From a virus (Duplodnaviria > Caudoviricetes), in IMG/VR virus record IMGVR_UViG_3300012943_000686, positions 1-43,271 of that record: a stretch of 43,271 nt of DNA; one strand, 5' to 3'. The position numbers and the translations under genes were made by a program. This document shows, piece after piece, positions 25,804 through 34,315 of this stretch (the first letter of the stretch is position 1; each line of letters starts with the position of its first letter). Below the pieces are notes generated by a model. It made no database searches. It was given only the letters and a program-made list of their open reading frames with translations, and had not been told where the DNA came from.

Positions 25804-27326
25804 GCGATAGCAAATTCATTCCCTGCGGGGACTACGCGCCTGATTTGGCTGCCTTCGGCAACCTGATTACCGGCTCTGCGATGAATGTCATCCCGCGGAC
25901 GAGGACCAGCTACAGCCCTATGCCGACGTTTCTGCCGGCTGGCGCCGACGCTCTGCCGACGGGTGCGCCTCTCGGCGCGTTCGCCTCGCAGGATGTGTCG
26001 GGCAATCCCGGTCTCTACGTCGGCACAAAGACGAAATTGTACGCCCAAACCAACGCGAGCAAGCCGAACTTCGCTGATCGCTCAGGCGCAACCACCTTCG
26101 CCGTTGGGGACCGCGGCGCATGGTCCTTCACTGAAATGGACGGATATGTCTATGCGTCCAACGGCACGGACCCGATTATGCGGACGCCTGTTGCAGGTGC
26201 GGCCGACTTTGCCGCTGTGGACGCGGTGAATGCCCCTACAGCGGCCGTGATCGCGGCGATCCAGCCTGGTTTTTTGATCTGCGGCGATATTAACGACCCC
26301 ACAGTCGACATTCAGCCGCAAGGCATCCGATGGAGCGCCTTAGGGGATGGCACGAGCTGGCCTCTCATCGGCTCATCGGATGCCATCGCCGCGCAATCTG
26401 ATTGGCAGCCCGTCCACGGGCCACACGGACGCCTGCGCGCGATCATCCCCGATTTGGCGACCTGTAATGCGGCCCTCTTTTTCGATCAGGCCGTGTTCTG
26501 CATGGTCTACACGGGCGACGCGAAGATCTTCAACATCGCGCCGGTGGAGAAGATGCGCGGCACCCCCGCAGCGCGCTCTTTGGCCCAGGTCGGCCAGATC
26601 GTCTATTTCCTCGGCTATGACGGGTTCTACGCCTTTGACGGGACGGCTGCGGTCCCGATTGGCGAGGGGAAGGTCAACAAGAGCTTCTACGCGGATGTTG
26701 ACCCGAACTACCTTTATGCCGTCCAGGCAGTCGCGGACCCCACGAGCGGGCTAATTTTTTGGCTTTATGCCGGCACAGGCAATAATAATGGTGTCGCAAA
26801 TCGCATTTTGGTGTATAATCCAAATATAGGGAAGTTCGCTCCGGTCTCCGGGTTTTCAGGCAGCTCCCTCTTCCTCGCGAGAACATTCGGAACAACGCTG
26901 GACGGGCTCGACGCCCTCGGCTTCACCCTCGACACCCTGCCATACAGCCTCGATAGCGCCGTTCTCGCCGGCGGCAACGTGACTCTCGGCGGCTTCGATG
27001 CAGGCAACAAGTTCGGCTATTTCTCCGGCGGCAACATGCCGTTCTCGATTGAGACAGCCGAAGTACAATTGGCCCCCGGCCGTTCGCGCGTAAAGGGTGT
27101 TCGCCCTGCTGTCGAAGGCGATGTTTGTACAGCCGCAATCGGATCGCGCACCGCATTAAGTGAACGGGTTGTCTTTGATCCCGACAATTCGGCAAATGCA
27201 GACGGGCTTATTCCGGCGCGCAACGAAAACCGTTACCAGCGCGTGCGCCTGAGCGCCCCAGCAGGAAGCCTCGTAACGCACATCCAAGGCGCAGAAGTCG
27301 AGTTCTCGCCCGCAGGTTCTCGCTGA
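25800..27326 (+). CDS. Tail hub / tubular protein B (P22 gp10-like)
   Basis: About 508 aa beta-propeller-like; GDYAPD, IRWSALGD..SW, DGFY.FDG....IG..KV; probable TTG start overlapping upstream stop. Confidence 0.75.
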   Translation: MSDSKFIPCGDYAPDLAAFGNLITGSAMNVIPRTRTSYSPMPTFLPAGADALPTGAPLGAFASQDVSGNPGLYVGTKTKLYAQTNASKPNFADRSGATTFAVGDRGAWSFTEMDGYVYASNGTDPIMRTPVAGAADFAAVDAVNAPTAAVIAAIQPGFLICGDINDPTVDIQPQGIRWSALGDGTSWPLIGSSDAIAAQSDWQPVHGPHGRLRAIIPDLATCNAALFFDQAVFCMVYTGDAKIFNIAPVEKMRGTPAARSLAQVGQIVYFLGYDGFYAFDGTAAVPIGEGKVNKSFYADVDPNYLYAVQAVADPTSGLIFWLYAGTGNNNGVANRILVYNPNIGKFAPVSGFSGSSLFLARTFGTTLDGLDALGFTLDTLPYSLDSAVLAGGNVTLGGFDAGNKFGYFSGGNMPFSIETAEVQLAPGRSRVKGVRPAVEGDVCTAAIGSRTALSERVVFDPDNSANADGLIPARNENRYQRVRLSAPAGSLVTHIQGAEVEFSPAGSR

Positions 27327-27505
27327 TGGTCGCCACGACGTTCACACGCGCGCCGCGCGATAGCACCAATGGCAGGCAGCATCGCCAGCTCATCGTGCAG
27401 ACGATCTCACAGCTTCAAGATTATGCGCAGATCGTCGAAGCGGCGCTCGCGCAAATTAAAACTGACATGCAATCCCTATCGGACAGAGTGTCCGCCCTCG
27501 AATAG
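27326..27505 (+). CDS. Short coiled-coil protein, tail-needle position (59 aa), absent from ORF track
   Basis: TGATG overlap; heptad-like LAQIKTDMQSLSDRVSALE. Confidence 0.6.
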   Translation: MVATTFTRAPRDSTNGRQHRQLIVQTISQLQDYAQIVEAALAQIKTDMQSLSDRVSALE

Positions 27506-27517
27506 CAGAGCCAGTTC

Positions 27518-29170
27518 ATGACTTGGTCCCTCTCCGCCTATAGCTCGACGCCGGGCAGTAATACGCTCGTCAACGGCATCAATATCGCTGAAGGCTGCAA
27601 CGCCTCGGGGATCAACGACGCCATTCGTCAGGTCATGGCCGACATCGCTTCCGGTATGTCGTCGGGCCTGCTCATCGGCACCGGCGGAAACGCAGCGACC
27701 GCGACAAAACTTGAAACCGCGCGCTCTTTCTCGCTGACGGGCAACCTTTCCGCCACGGGGGTATTTGACGGGTCGGCTGATCTATCCTTGTCGACTACGA
27801 TCACGTCCCTCCCCGCTATCAGCGGCGCCAATCTCACCACCCTCAACGCATCCAATCTTACCAGCGGTACGGTGGCAGATGCCCGTATTCCAAGCTCGGT
27901 TATACGCGGCGCAAACAATCTCTCTGACGTTGCCAATGCGACGACTGCCCGCACCAATCTTGGGCTTGGGACGGCTGCGGTCAAGAACATCGGATCAAGC
28001 GGGGCCACCGTTCCGCTTCTGAGCACCGGAAACTCTTGGTCGGGTCAGCAGACTATTGCCGTCGCGGGCGCGTGCTACTGGGGTCTTCAGGACACCACGG
28101 GTAATTCGTCTTGGCGTTTGAATGCGGCTGGCGATACCTTCTATCTCGCGCGGACGCTATCGGGCGTTACGGACTTCCCTTTCAGTATTAGTGCCGCCGG
28201 CGTCGTATCCTTCAACAAGCCTCCGACCATCACGGCGGGGCCACTCGATCCTGCGTACGGCGGAACGGGCGTTGCCTCTATCAGCGCACTCAAAACAGCG
28301 TTGGGTTATGGAACAGCCGCTAACTATAACACAAGTACGAGTGGTGTTAACGTCCCACTCCTGAGTGGGCAGAACACATGGGGTAACAGCCAGACGCTCG
28401 CCGCAGCACAGCCTTCATGGACTTGGAACGATACTGGCAGCGCATCAACTACGACGCTCGATAACCTTGCTGATAAGTGGCGCTTTTTGCGTCGTGATAA
28501 GACGACACTCACCTACACGACGCCACTTAGTATCTCGCTCACGACAGACGTTGCGACATTCTTAAATCCGCCGCTTTTTACCAACGGTCCGCTCGCAGCC
28601 AATCAAGGCGGTACGGGCGTAACTTCTATCGCTGCACTCAAAACAGCGTTGGGTTACGGGACGGCGGCGACGCTCGCATCATCTGACGTTGCGCAGACCG
28701 CGAACAATCTTTCCGACCTCGCATCCCCGTCGGCCGCGCGCACAAATCTCGGTCTCGGCACGGCCGCAGTACAGAGCATGGGTACGTCGGGTGCGACGCT
28801 TGGGCTGCTGAACGGAAACAATACGTTTTCGGGCGCGAATACGTTTTCGAAGCAGGTCAACGGCCCTGAAGCAGCGGTAACGGATGGGGCGTCCATCGCT
28901 TGGGATTTGAGTACGCAGCAGGCCGCTCATGTCACCCTCGCCGGAAATCGAACACTCGCAAACCCTACCAACATGGTCGCCGGCGGATCATATGTAATCA
29001 AGATCACGCAGGACGGGACGGGGAGTCGGACGCTCGCATACGGCACAGCCTACAAGTGGCCCGGCGGCAACGCACCCGTTCTATCAACGGCCCCAAATGC
29101 TGTGGACATCATCACGTTCTACTCCGACGGCACGAGCATGTTCGGGGCGGCTCAAAAGGCCTTCTCGTGA
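27518..29170 (+). CDS. Tail fibre protein
   Basis: INIAEGC..SGINDAIR head; NNLSD...ARTNLGLG and GGTG repeats; QDGTGSRTL and LST.....D C-terminal domain. Confidence 0.85.
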   Translation: MTWSLSAYSSTPGSNTLVNGINIAEGCNASGINDAIRQVMADIASGMSSGLLIGTGGNAATATKLETARSFSLTGNLSATGVFDGSADLSLSTTITSLPAISGANLTTLNASNLTSGTVADARIPSSVIRGANNLSDVANATTARTNLGLGTAAVKNIGSSGATVPLLSTGNSWSGQQTIAVAGACYWGLQDTTGNSSWRLNAAGDTFYLARTLSGVTDFPFSISAAGVVSFNKPPTITAGPLDPAYGGTGVASISALKTALGYGTAANYNTSTSGVNVPLLSGQNTWGNSQTLAAAQPSWTWNDTGSASTTTLDNLADKWRFLRRDKTTLTYTTPLSISLTTDVATFLNPPLFTNGPLAANQGGTGVTSIAALKTALGYGTAATLASSDVAQTANNLSDLASPSAARTNLGLGTAAVQSMGTSGATLGLLNGNNTFSGANTFSKQVNGPEAAVTDGASIAWDLSTQQAAHVTLAGNRTLANPTNMVAGGSYVIKITQDGTGSRTLAYGTAYKWPGGNAPVLSTAPNAVDIITFYSDGTSMFGAAQKAFS

Positions 29171-29176
29171 GGCACA

Positions 29177-29484
29177 TGATCGGTTTCTTCGGCGGGTCCG
29201 TCGATTGGACAGATATGGTCGTGAGCGGCGGTATCGGCAGCGGCAACACCCAAACCATGCCCTTCAGCGGATCACTCACGGCATCCGTTGCTGATGGCGG
29301 GTTCGGACAACTTTATTACATCAAAAACGGTGCGGCCCCGGTAGCAGTAAGCGGCGCGATTTCCGTAGCGTCAGGCGACACGATCCAATGGGGTTACCAA
29401 ACCAAAGGCAGTCTTCCTGTCGTCGCGAGCATTTATAACGGAGCCGCGCTACTCGATACCTTCAACATAGTGTTGGGACCATGA
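29177..29484 (+). CDS. Small fibre-associated beta protein
   Basis: GAGG SD before ATG 29177; MIGFFGG start; ATGA coupling. Confidence 0.6.
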
Positions 29485-30017
29485 GCAACAAGATCACATA
29501 CAAATACGGCATTAGCCGACCGTTCCACTTCGCGAAATGCGTCGGAATTCTCACGGGCGACTACCTCGATGTGGCCGCCGTGCCAGATGATGTCGCACCC
29601 ATCGACGGATCGGAGAACGTCTATCCGTCGAAGGAAATCCTTCTCGTTCTGGCGGGCTCTTTCCAGCTTCAGACACCCGAAGCCGGCAATATCGACCTCA
29701 ACGCGGGCGATATGTCGTCGAGCCACCGCTACAAGAGCGCGATCAAGATCGTCGCGACGGCGGATGGCAGCTCGTATGTCTGCGTCACACCCAACGACAA
29801 CTCGTTCTGGGACCGGCAATCGGGGTTCATCGCGAACGGCGACACCCTCGAAATTACCACGCCCGCCGAAGCCGCTGACGCATACGTCTACGTGGGAGAA
29901 GGCGGCGTGGTGGATGCGGAAGGCAATCCCCAACTCGTTGGAGCATTCATCAGAGTTTCCGGGGGGATCACGCTGACAGCAACGGCGGACACGTATTTCA
30001 TCCACATGTGGAAATAG
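29481..30017 (+). CDS. Putative cupin-fold protein
   Basis: E.LLVLAG.....L.AGD cupin-like strand pattern, partly repeated (YVYVGEG). Confidence 0.5.
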   Translation: MSNKITYKYGISRPFHFAKCVGILTGDYLDVAAVPDDVAPIDGSENVYPSKEILLVLAGSFQLQTPEAGNIDLNAGDMSSSHRYKSAIKIVATADGSSYVCVTPNDNSFWDRQSGFIANGDTLEITTPAEAADAYVYVGEGGVVDAEGNPQLVGAFIRVSGGITLTATADTYFIHMWK

Positions 30018-30018
30018 C

Positions 30019-30762
30019 GTGTATTTCGTTCGCCAGCTCTACGCGACAGCTCTTCTGTATGGCGGCCCGTTCATCTTCGCCATCGTCCTAATGTTCGCCG
30101 GTCCGGCTGCGCCGTCCTGGTGGGGCGCTTCAGCCCTCATAGCTGCGTTTCTCACCGCCTACGGATATAATATCGGTTCGCACTACGCGTTTACACATCG
30201 GACCTTCGTCTTCCCGCGTTGGGTTGAGTTGGCGCTAATCTATATCAGCACGCTCTCAGCCTGTGCGTCTCCGCTCTCTTGGGCCGTCCATCACAATGCC
30301 CATCATCGGCATGTAGAGACCGCAGCCGATCCGCATTCGCCTTCGCAGCTTGGCTGGCGCGCTCTATTCCTGACGAGTTACGCCACCGACAAGGCGAACC
30401 TGATGTCTGTGCGGCACCTGATTAAAGACCCCGCCCAGCGGTTCGCAGACCGCAACGTCGGGTTCTGGTCAATCACTCTGAGCTGGCCGTTCGTCGCGGC
30501 CGCGGTCTTCGGTCTCAACGGCCTCGTCTATTTGTGGCTCCTGCCGCTCTGGTACGTCCTCGCCGTCGCTGTTGCTTTTGTGTTCTGCCACACCGGAAAA
30601 TTTGACGTACGAAGCAAAAGCCGCGCGGTCAATTCCGTCCTCTTAGGCCTCTTAAGCCTCGGTGACGGCGACCACCTCGAACACCATCGCAATATGCGCT
30701 CCTGCGGCAAGAAGACAAAGTTCTTTGCGCGCCTCGCAGGCGGACGCAGCACCCGGCGCTGA
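30019..30762 (+). CDS. Membrane fatty-acid desaturase, delta-9 (DesC/OLE1)-like
   Basis: Three His boxes HYAFTH, HNAHH (with DPHSP), HLEHH; TM segments. Confidence 0.85.
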   Translation: MYFVRQLYATALLYGGPFIFAIVLMFAGPAAPSWWGASALIAAFLTAYGYNIGSHYAFTHRTFVFPRWVELALIYISTLSACASPLSWAVHHNAHHRHVETAADPHSPSQLGWRALFLTSYATDKANLMSVRHLIKDPAQRFADRNVGFWSITLSWPFVAAAVFGLNGLVYLWLLPLWYVLAVAVAFVFCHTGKFDVRSKSRAVNSVLLGLLSLGDGDHLEHHRNMRSCGKKTKFFARLAGGRSTRR

Positions 30763-30786
30763 AGCGCCATCAACCAAGGTCTAAAA

Positions 30787-31197
30787 ATGATTGTACGCAT
30801 CACGCCCGACTGGGCTGTGAAGATGTGGCCGACCGTGGAACCGCTTCTGGCGCCCGCGGTCGCGGAAACGCTCGGTTGCTTCGAGACGCCCGACATTCTG
30901 CGCGACATTCTCAACGGCAATGTCCAACTCTGGACCGCGGCTGACCCCGATACCAAGAGCATTTGCGCCGCGATGACGACGCAAATCCATACTTACCCGC
31001 GTCGCAAATCACTCCGCGTCGAGTTTATCGGCGGCACACGATTGCACTTTTGGGCGAAAGACTTCTGCGCGGTTCTCGACGACTTCGCGCGCGAAAACGG
31101 CATCACATTGATGGAAGGCGCCTTTCGGCGCGGATGGGTCCGTATGTGGCCCGGTAGCAGGGAACACGGCGTTAGCCTAGTGAAGGAATTGGTATGA
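30787..31197 (+). CDS. GNAT-like virion assembly protein (P22 gp14 position)
   Basis: G..QLW, T.I..YP, F.GG, FARENG, R.GW.R; precedes ejection genes. Confidence 0.6.
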   Translation: MIVRITPDWAVKMWPTVEPLLAPAVAETLGCFETPDILRDILNGNVQLWTAADPDTKSICAAMTTQIHTYPRRKSLRVEFIGGTRLHFWAKDFCAVLDDFARENGITLMEGAFRRGWVRMWPGSREHGVSLVKELV

Positions 31198-32555
31198 GCA
31201 AAGGCAGCAGCAACTCCAACACGACGCAGCAGACAAACCAGAACACGACGCAGACTGCGAACCTCAATTCGGCGACCAGCCAGTCGCAGCAAGACATTTT
31301 GAACCAAGCTGCCGCGCAACAGACGCAGCAGCAGCAGCAAGAAATGTCTACCGGGGTGACCTCGAACACGCAGCAGGGCCAACAGACCCAGCAGCAGCAG
31401 GATCAATCTAGTTCACAGGGCACGCAGCAGCAGCAGACGGCGCAGCAGACGCAACAGCAAGATCAGCAGACGCAGCAGACGGCGCAGCAGACGGCGCAAC
31501 AGACGGCCCAGCAGCAACAGCAGCAGGGGTCTTCGACGACCAACGCGAACAACCTGCTTTCGCTGCTCCTCGGCTGGAATAACGCCGGTCAATTCCTTAA
31601 CGATACGAGCGGGAACGCCGCGGCCACCACAAACAGCGGTATCTCGCAGGTGGGGCAAGGCTCGCAGGCGGCGACGGGCGCCGCAACGGATGCGCTCAGT
31701 CAAATTCTGGGGATCGCGAATGGCGGAGCGCCGAACAGCGCAAACGCCGCGTTGACCCCCTACTTGGACCCCTCATACACGAGCGCGGACAACCCCGCGT
31801 TCGCGCAAGTCGTCAAACATATCTCGCAGTCGTTGCAGCCGCAGATTGACGGCAGTTTCGGTGCAGCGGGGCGTTATGGCTCCGGCGCGAATGCAAATGC
31901 GTTCGATAGTGCGTTGACAAACGAGGTGGGCGACCTCACCTATCAGAACTACAACGACGCCTCCAACAGGCAGTTGCAGGCCGCCCAGCAGGTCGGCACA
32001 AACAACTCGACCTCAATGTCTCAGGTGCTGGGCGCATTGGGACTTATCCCGTCGGTCGGCAACACGGCGGCCACTTCTGGAAATGCTGCAATCGGCGCTG
32101 GCTCGGCTCCGCTCAACACGTTTGCGCAGGTTTTGGCGCAGCTTGGCTCCGGCGGCGGCACGACCTCCACTACAGGCACCAGCAACGGCAGCACGGTCGG
32201 CAACACGACGGGGAGCGGCACCACCAGCGGCAGCAGCACTTCTTCCGGCGCGAATACCGGCACGTCGTCGAGCACGGCAAACACTACGAATAACGGCACG
32301 AGCAACACTTCGGGGCAGAACAGCCAAAACAGCTCCACCATTAACAGCATACTTGACAGCATCTTTGGCACGACCAGTGGTCAGTCGGCCAGCGCACAGG
32401 CGGGCACGAGCAACAATCAAAGCGCGACCTCCTCGCATGGCGTCACGAATGGCACGCTCAACGGCACCGCAACGGGCGCGGGTGGGGGCGGCTCTTCTGG
32501 TGTTGACATCGGTTCGTTGATCTCTGCGGCCGCATCCATCATTGCGATGATGTAA
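31194..32555 (+). CDS. Ejection/pilot protein, Q/T/S/N-rich
   Basis: F...GRYGSGA motif, NP.F, low-complexity ends, position. Confidence 0.7.
   Translation: MSKGSSNSNTTQQTNQNTTQTANLNSATSQSQQDILNQAAAQQTQQQQQEMSTGVTSNTQQGQQTQQQQDQSSSQGTQQQQTAQQTQQQDQQTQQTAQQTAQQTAQQQQQQGSSTTNANNLLSLLLGWNNAGQFLNDTSGNAAATTNSGISQVGQGSQAATGAATDALSQILGIANGGAPNSANAALTPYLDPSYTSADNPAFAQVVKHISQSLQPQIDGSFGAAGRYGSGANANAFDSALTNEVGDLTYQNYNDASNRQLQAAQQVGTNNSTSMSQVLGALGLIPSVGNTAATSGNAAIGAGSAPLNTFAQVLAQLGSGGGTTSTTGTSNGSTVGNTTGSGTTSGSSTSSGANTGTSSSTANTTNNGTSNTSGQNSQNSSTINSILDSIFGTTSGQSASAQAGTSNNQSATSSHGVTNGTLNGTATGAGGGGSSGVDIGSLISAAASIIAMM
31317..31525 (+). repeat. Coding (CAG)n-ACG-rich repeat tract
   Basis: Repeated CAGCAGACG(GCG) units encoding QQTA. 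Confidence 0.85.
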
Positions 32556-32568
32556 TAAGAGGAAATTC

Positions 32569-34035
32569 ATGCCCTTCGGTACTGAACAAGCTCCCGTGGT
32601 GCAACAGCAGCCCGCACCCGACCCGAACGCGGTTGGGCCCGCGCCGCAAGCTCCCGCAGATTTCGTCAAAGCTCTCGCTGCCGCGGCAGCAGCGAATGCA
32701 CGCGCCCAACGCCCCGGCCAGCGCGGCCTCTTCAACTTTTTTACGGGGCGCGACGCTGACGCCGCGGCACAATCCGCGACCATAAACGCACCCGCCGTGT
32801 ACGACGCGCTTTCTCAGGGCCGTACCACTACGCAAAGCGGCCAGCTTGGCCTTGCCCAGACCTTCCAGCTTCTCCGTAACCTTGGCATCAACGTAAACCC
32901 CAACAACATTCCCGCCAGCTATGGAAACGGTCAACCTGCCCCGTCAGGGCAAGCCCCCAACGCACCCCAGGCGCAGCAGGCAGGGGGGCCGCAAGCGAAT
33001 GTCACTCCGGCGAACGACATTGCGGGGCGCCGTGCAATGTTTCTCCGTCTCGGCAAAGCCATGTCCATGCTGCCTGCTTATGCGCAGCAAGGCGGCGCAT
33101 TCATGAAGGCGGCCCAAGACGGCCTACCGGATAATACGCTGCCGCTATCGAACGGCGGCGTGGGTGACGCCGTGACCGGACAGCCTATCAACATGGGTGC
33201 GCAAGAATACAATGCGCGCGGTGCGGGCTTGAAGTCTGCCGCGCAAGAAGCGCCCCGCGTTGCCGGGTCGATGGCGATCGAGAACAACCGCGCGCGCAAC
33301 CAATGGTCCCTCGACACCCACCAGGCGGAAGTCGGCGCGCAAAATCGTGTGCAGACGGGTTACGACGCCACTACGGGGCTACCGACTACCACCACCGATT
33401 ACACTATCGCCCACGGCGAGGCTCCGAAGTTCATCAAGGACAACCCCTACTTTGCCGGGCAGCAGGCAGAACTCAAGGATCTGCACACCAGCGCGGAGAG
33501 CGCCGACAACGGGCTCAACCTCGCCTCCCAACTCGTCAGCGCGGCCAACGGGCTCTACACCGGCAAGGGTAGCGCATCGTTCCAGAGCGCGCGCAAGCTC
33601 GCGCAGGCTGCCGCGTCGCTCACTGGGACAAAACTCCCTGACAGCCTCAACAACGACACCTCAAAATTTGAACAGCTTGCCTTTGCGTCTCAGCAGCTCG
33701 TGGCAGCGGCCTCGCACGATCTATCGCCGCGCGTCGCGCAACAAATCTATGAGCAGATCGCGGCTGTGAAACCAGGTGATAGATCGTCGATCAAGGGCTT
33801 GCGCGACATCATCACGAACCAGATCGTGCCCACCCTCGCGCGCCGCAAGGCGATGTATGGCGCCACGTCGAATTTCTATCGGCAAAACCCGCTGCGCAAC
33901 GATGCTGGCGCGGTGCTGTCAGATCAGATGCCGCTTTCGAATTTCAATGTTAAGACCAATCTCAGTGACGTAAAGCCGGGTGAGTACTTCATTGACCCGC
34001 AATCTGGAAACCTCCGTCAAAGGCCGGTGCACTAA
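32569..34035 (+). CDS. Probable ejection protein
   Basis: Large A/Q/G-rich ORF in ejection position; GAGG SD. Confidence 0.6.
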   Translation: MPFGTEQAPVVQQQPAPDPNAVGPAPQAPADFVKALAAAAAANARAQRPGQRGLFNFFTGRDADAAAQSATINAPAVYDALSQGRTTTQSGQLGLAQTFQLLRNLGINVNPNNIPASYGNGQPAPSGQAPNAPQAQQAGGPQANVTPANDIAGRRAMFLRLGKAMSMLPAYAQQGGAFMKAAQDGLPDNTLPLSNGGVGDAVTGQPINMGAQEYNARGAGLKSAAQEAPRVAGSMAIENNRARNQWSLDTHQAEVGAQNRVQTGYDATTGLPTTTTDYTIAHGEAPKFIKDNPYFAGQQAELKDLHTSAESADNGLNLASQLVSAANGLYTGKGSASFQSARKLAQAAASLTGTKLPDSLNNDTSKFEQLAFASQQLVAAASHDLSPRVAQQIYEQIAAVKPGDRSSIKGLRDIITNQIVPTLARRKAMYGATSNFYRQNPLRNDAGAVLSDQMPLSNFNVKTNLSDVKPGEYFIDPQSGNLRQRPVH

Positions 34036-34298
34036 TGTCAAAAGGTTCTTCGGGCTCGTCTGGCCCCACAGCAGCGCAGAATGCGGCAACGGCCGCACAG
34101 GCGGGCGCGCAGCAGCAGAAGGATTTGCTCGACGCTGTCAACAACATGAGCCAGAAAGGCCAAGCTGCACAGCAAGCCGGGCAGAACGCCCAAATGAAGT
34201 TGCAGCCCATGCCGCAGCTCTCGTTCGAGGATTTGCTCGGCCGATTGGGTGCGCTCGCTCAGTCGCCCGCCGTGCGTTCGATGCTCTCTAGTAAATAA
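34035..34298 (+). CDS. Small ejection-module protein (MSKGSS start)
   Basis: TAATG overlap; N-terminus shared with 31194 protein. Confidence 0.65.
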   Translation: MSKGSSGSSGPTAAQNAATAAQAGAQQQKDLLDAVNNMSQKGQAAQQAGQNAQMKLQPMPQLSFEDLLGRLGALAQSPAVRSMLSSK

Positions 34299-34315
34299 CC
34301 ACCAAGGAACGCTCT

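Noticed and set aside
28240-28670. Tail fibre duplication as DGR template/variable repeat
   Set aside because: No reverse transcriptase in window; both copies are in-frame coding and mismatches are not adenine-specific
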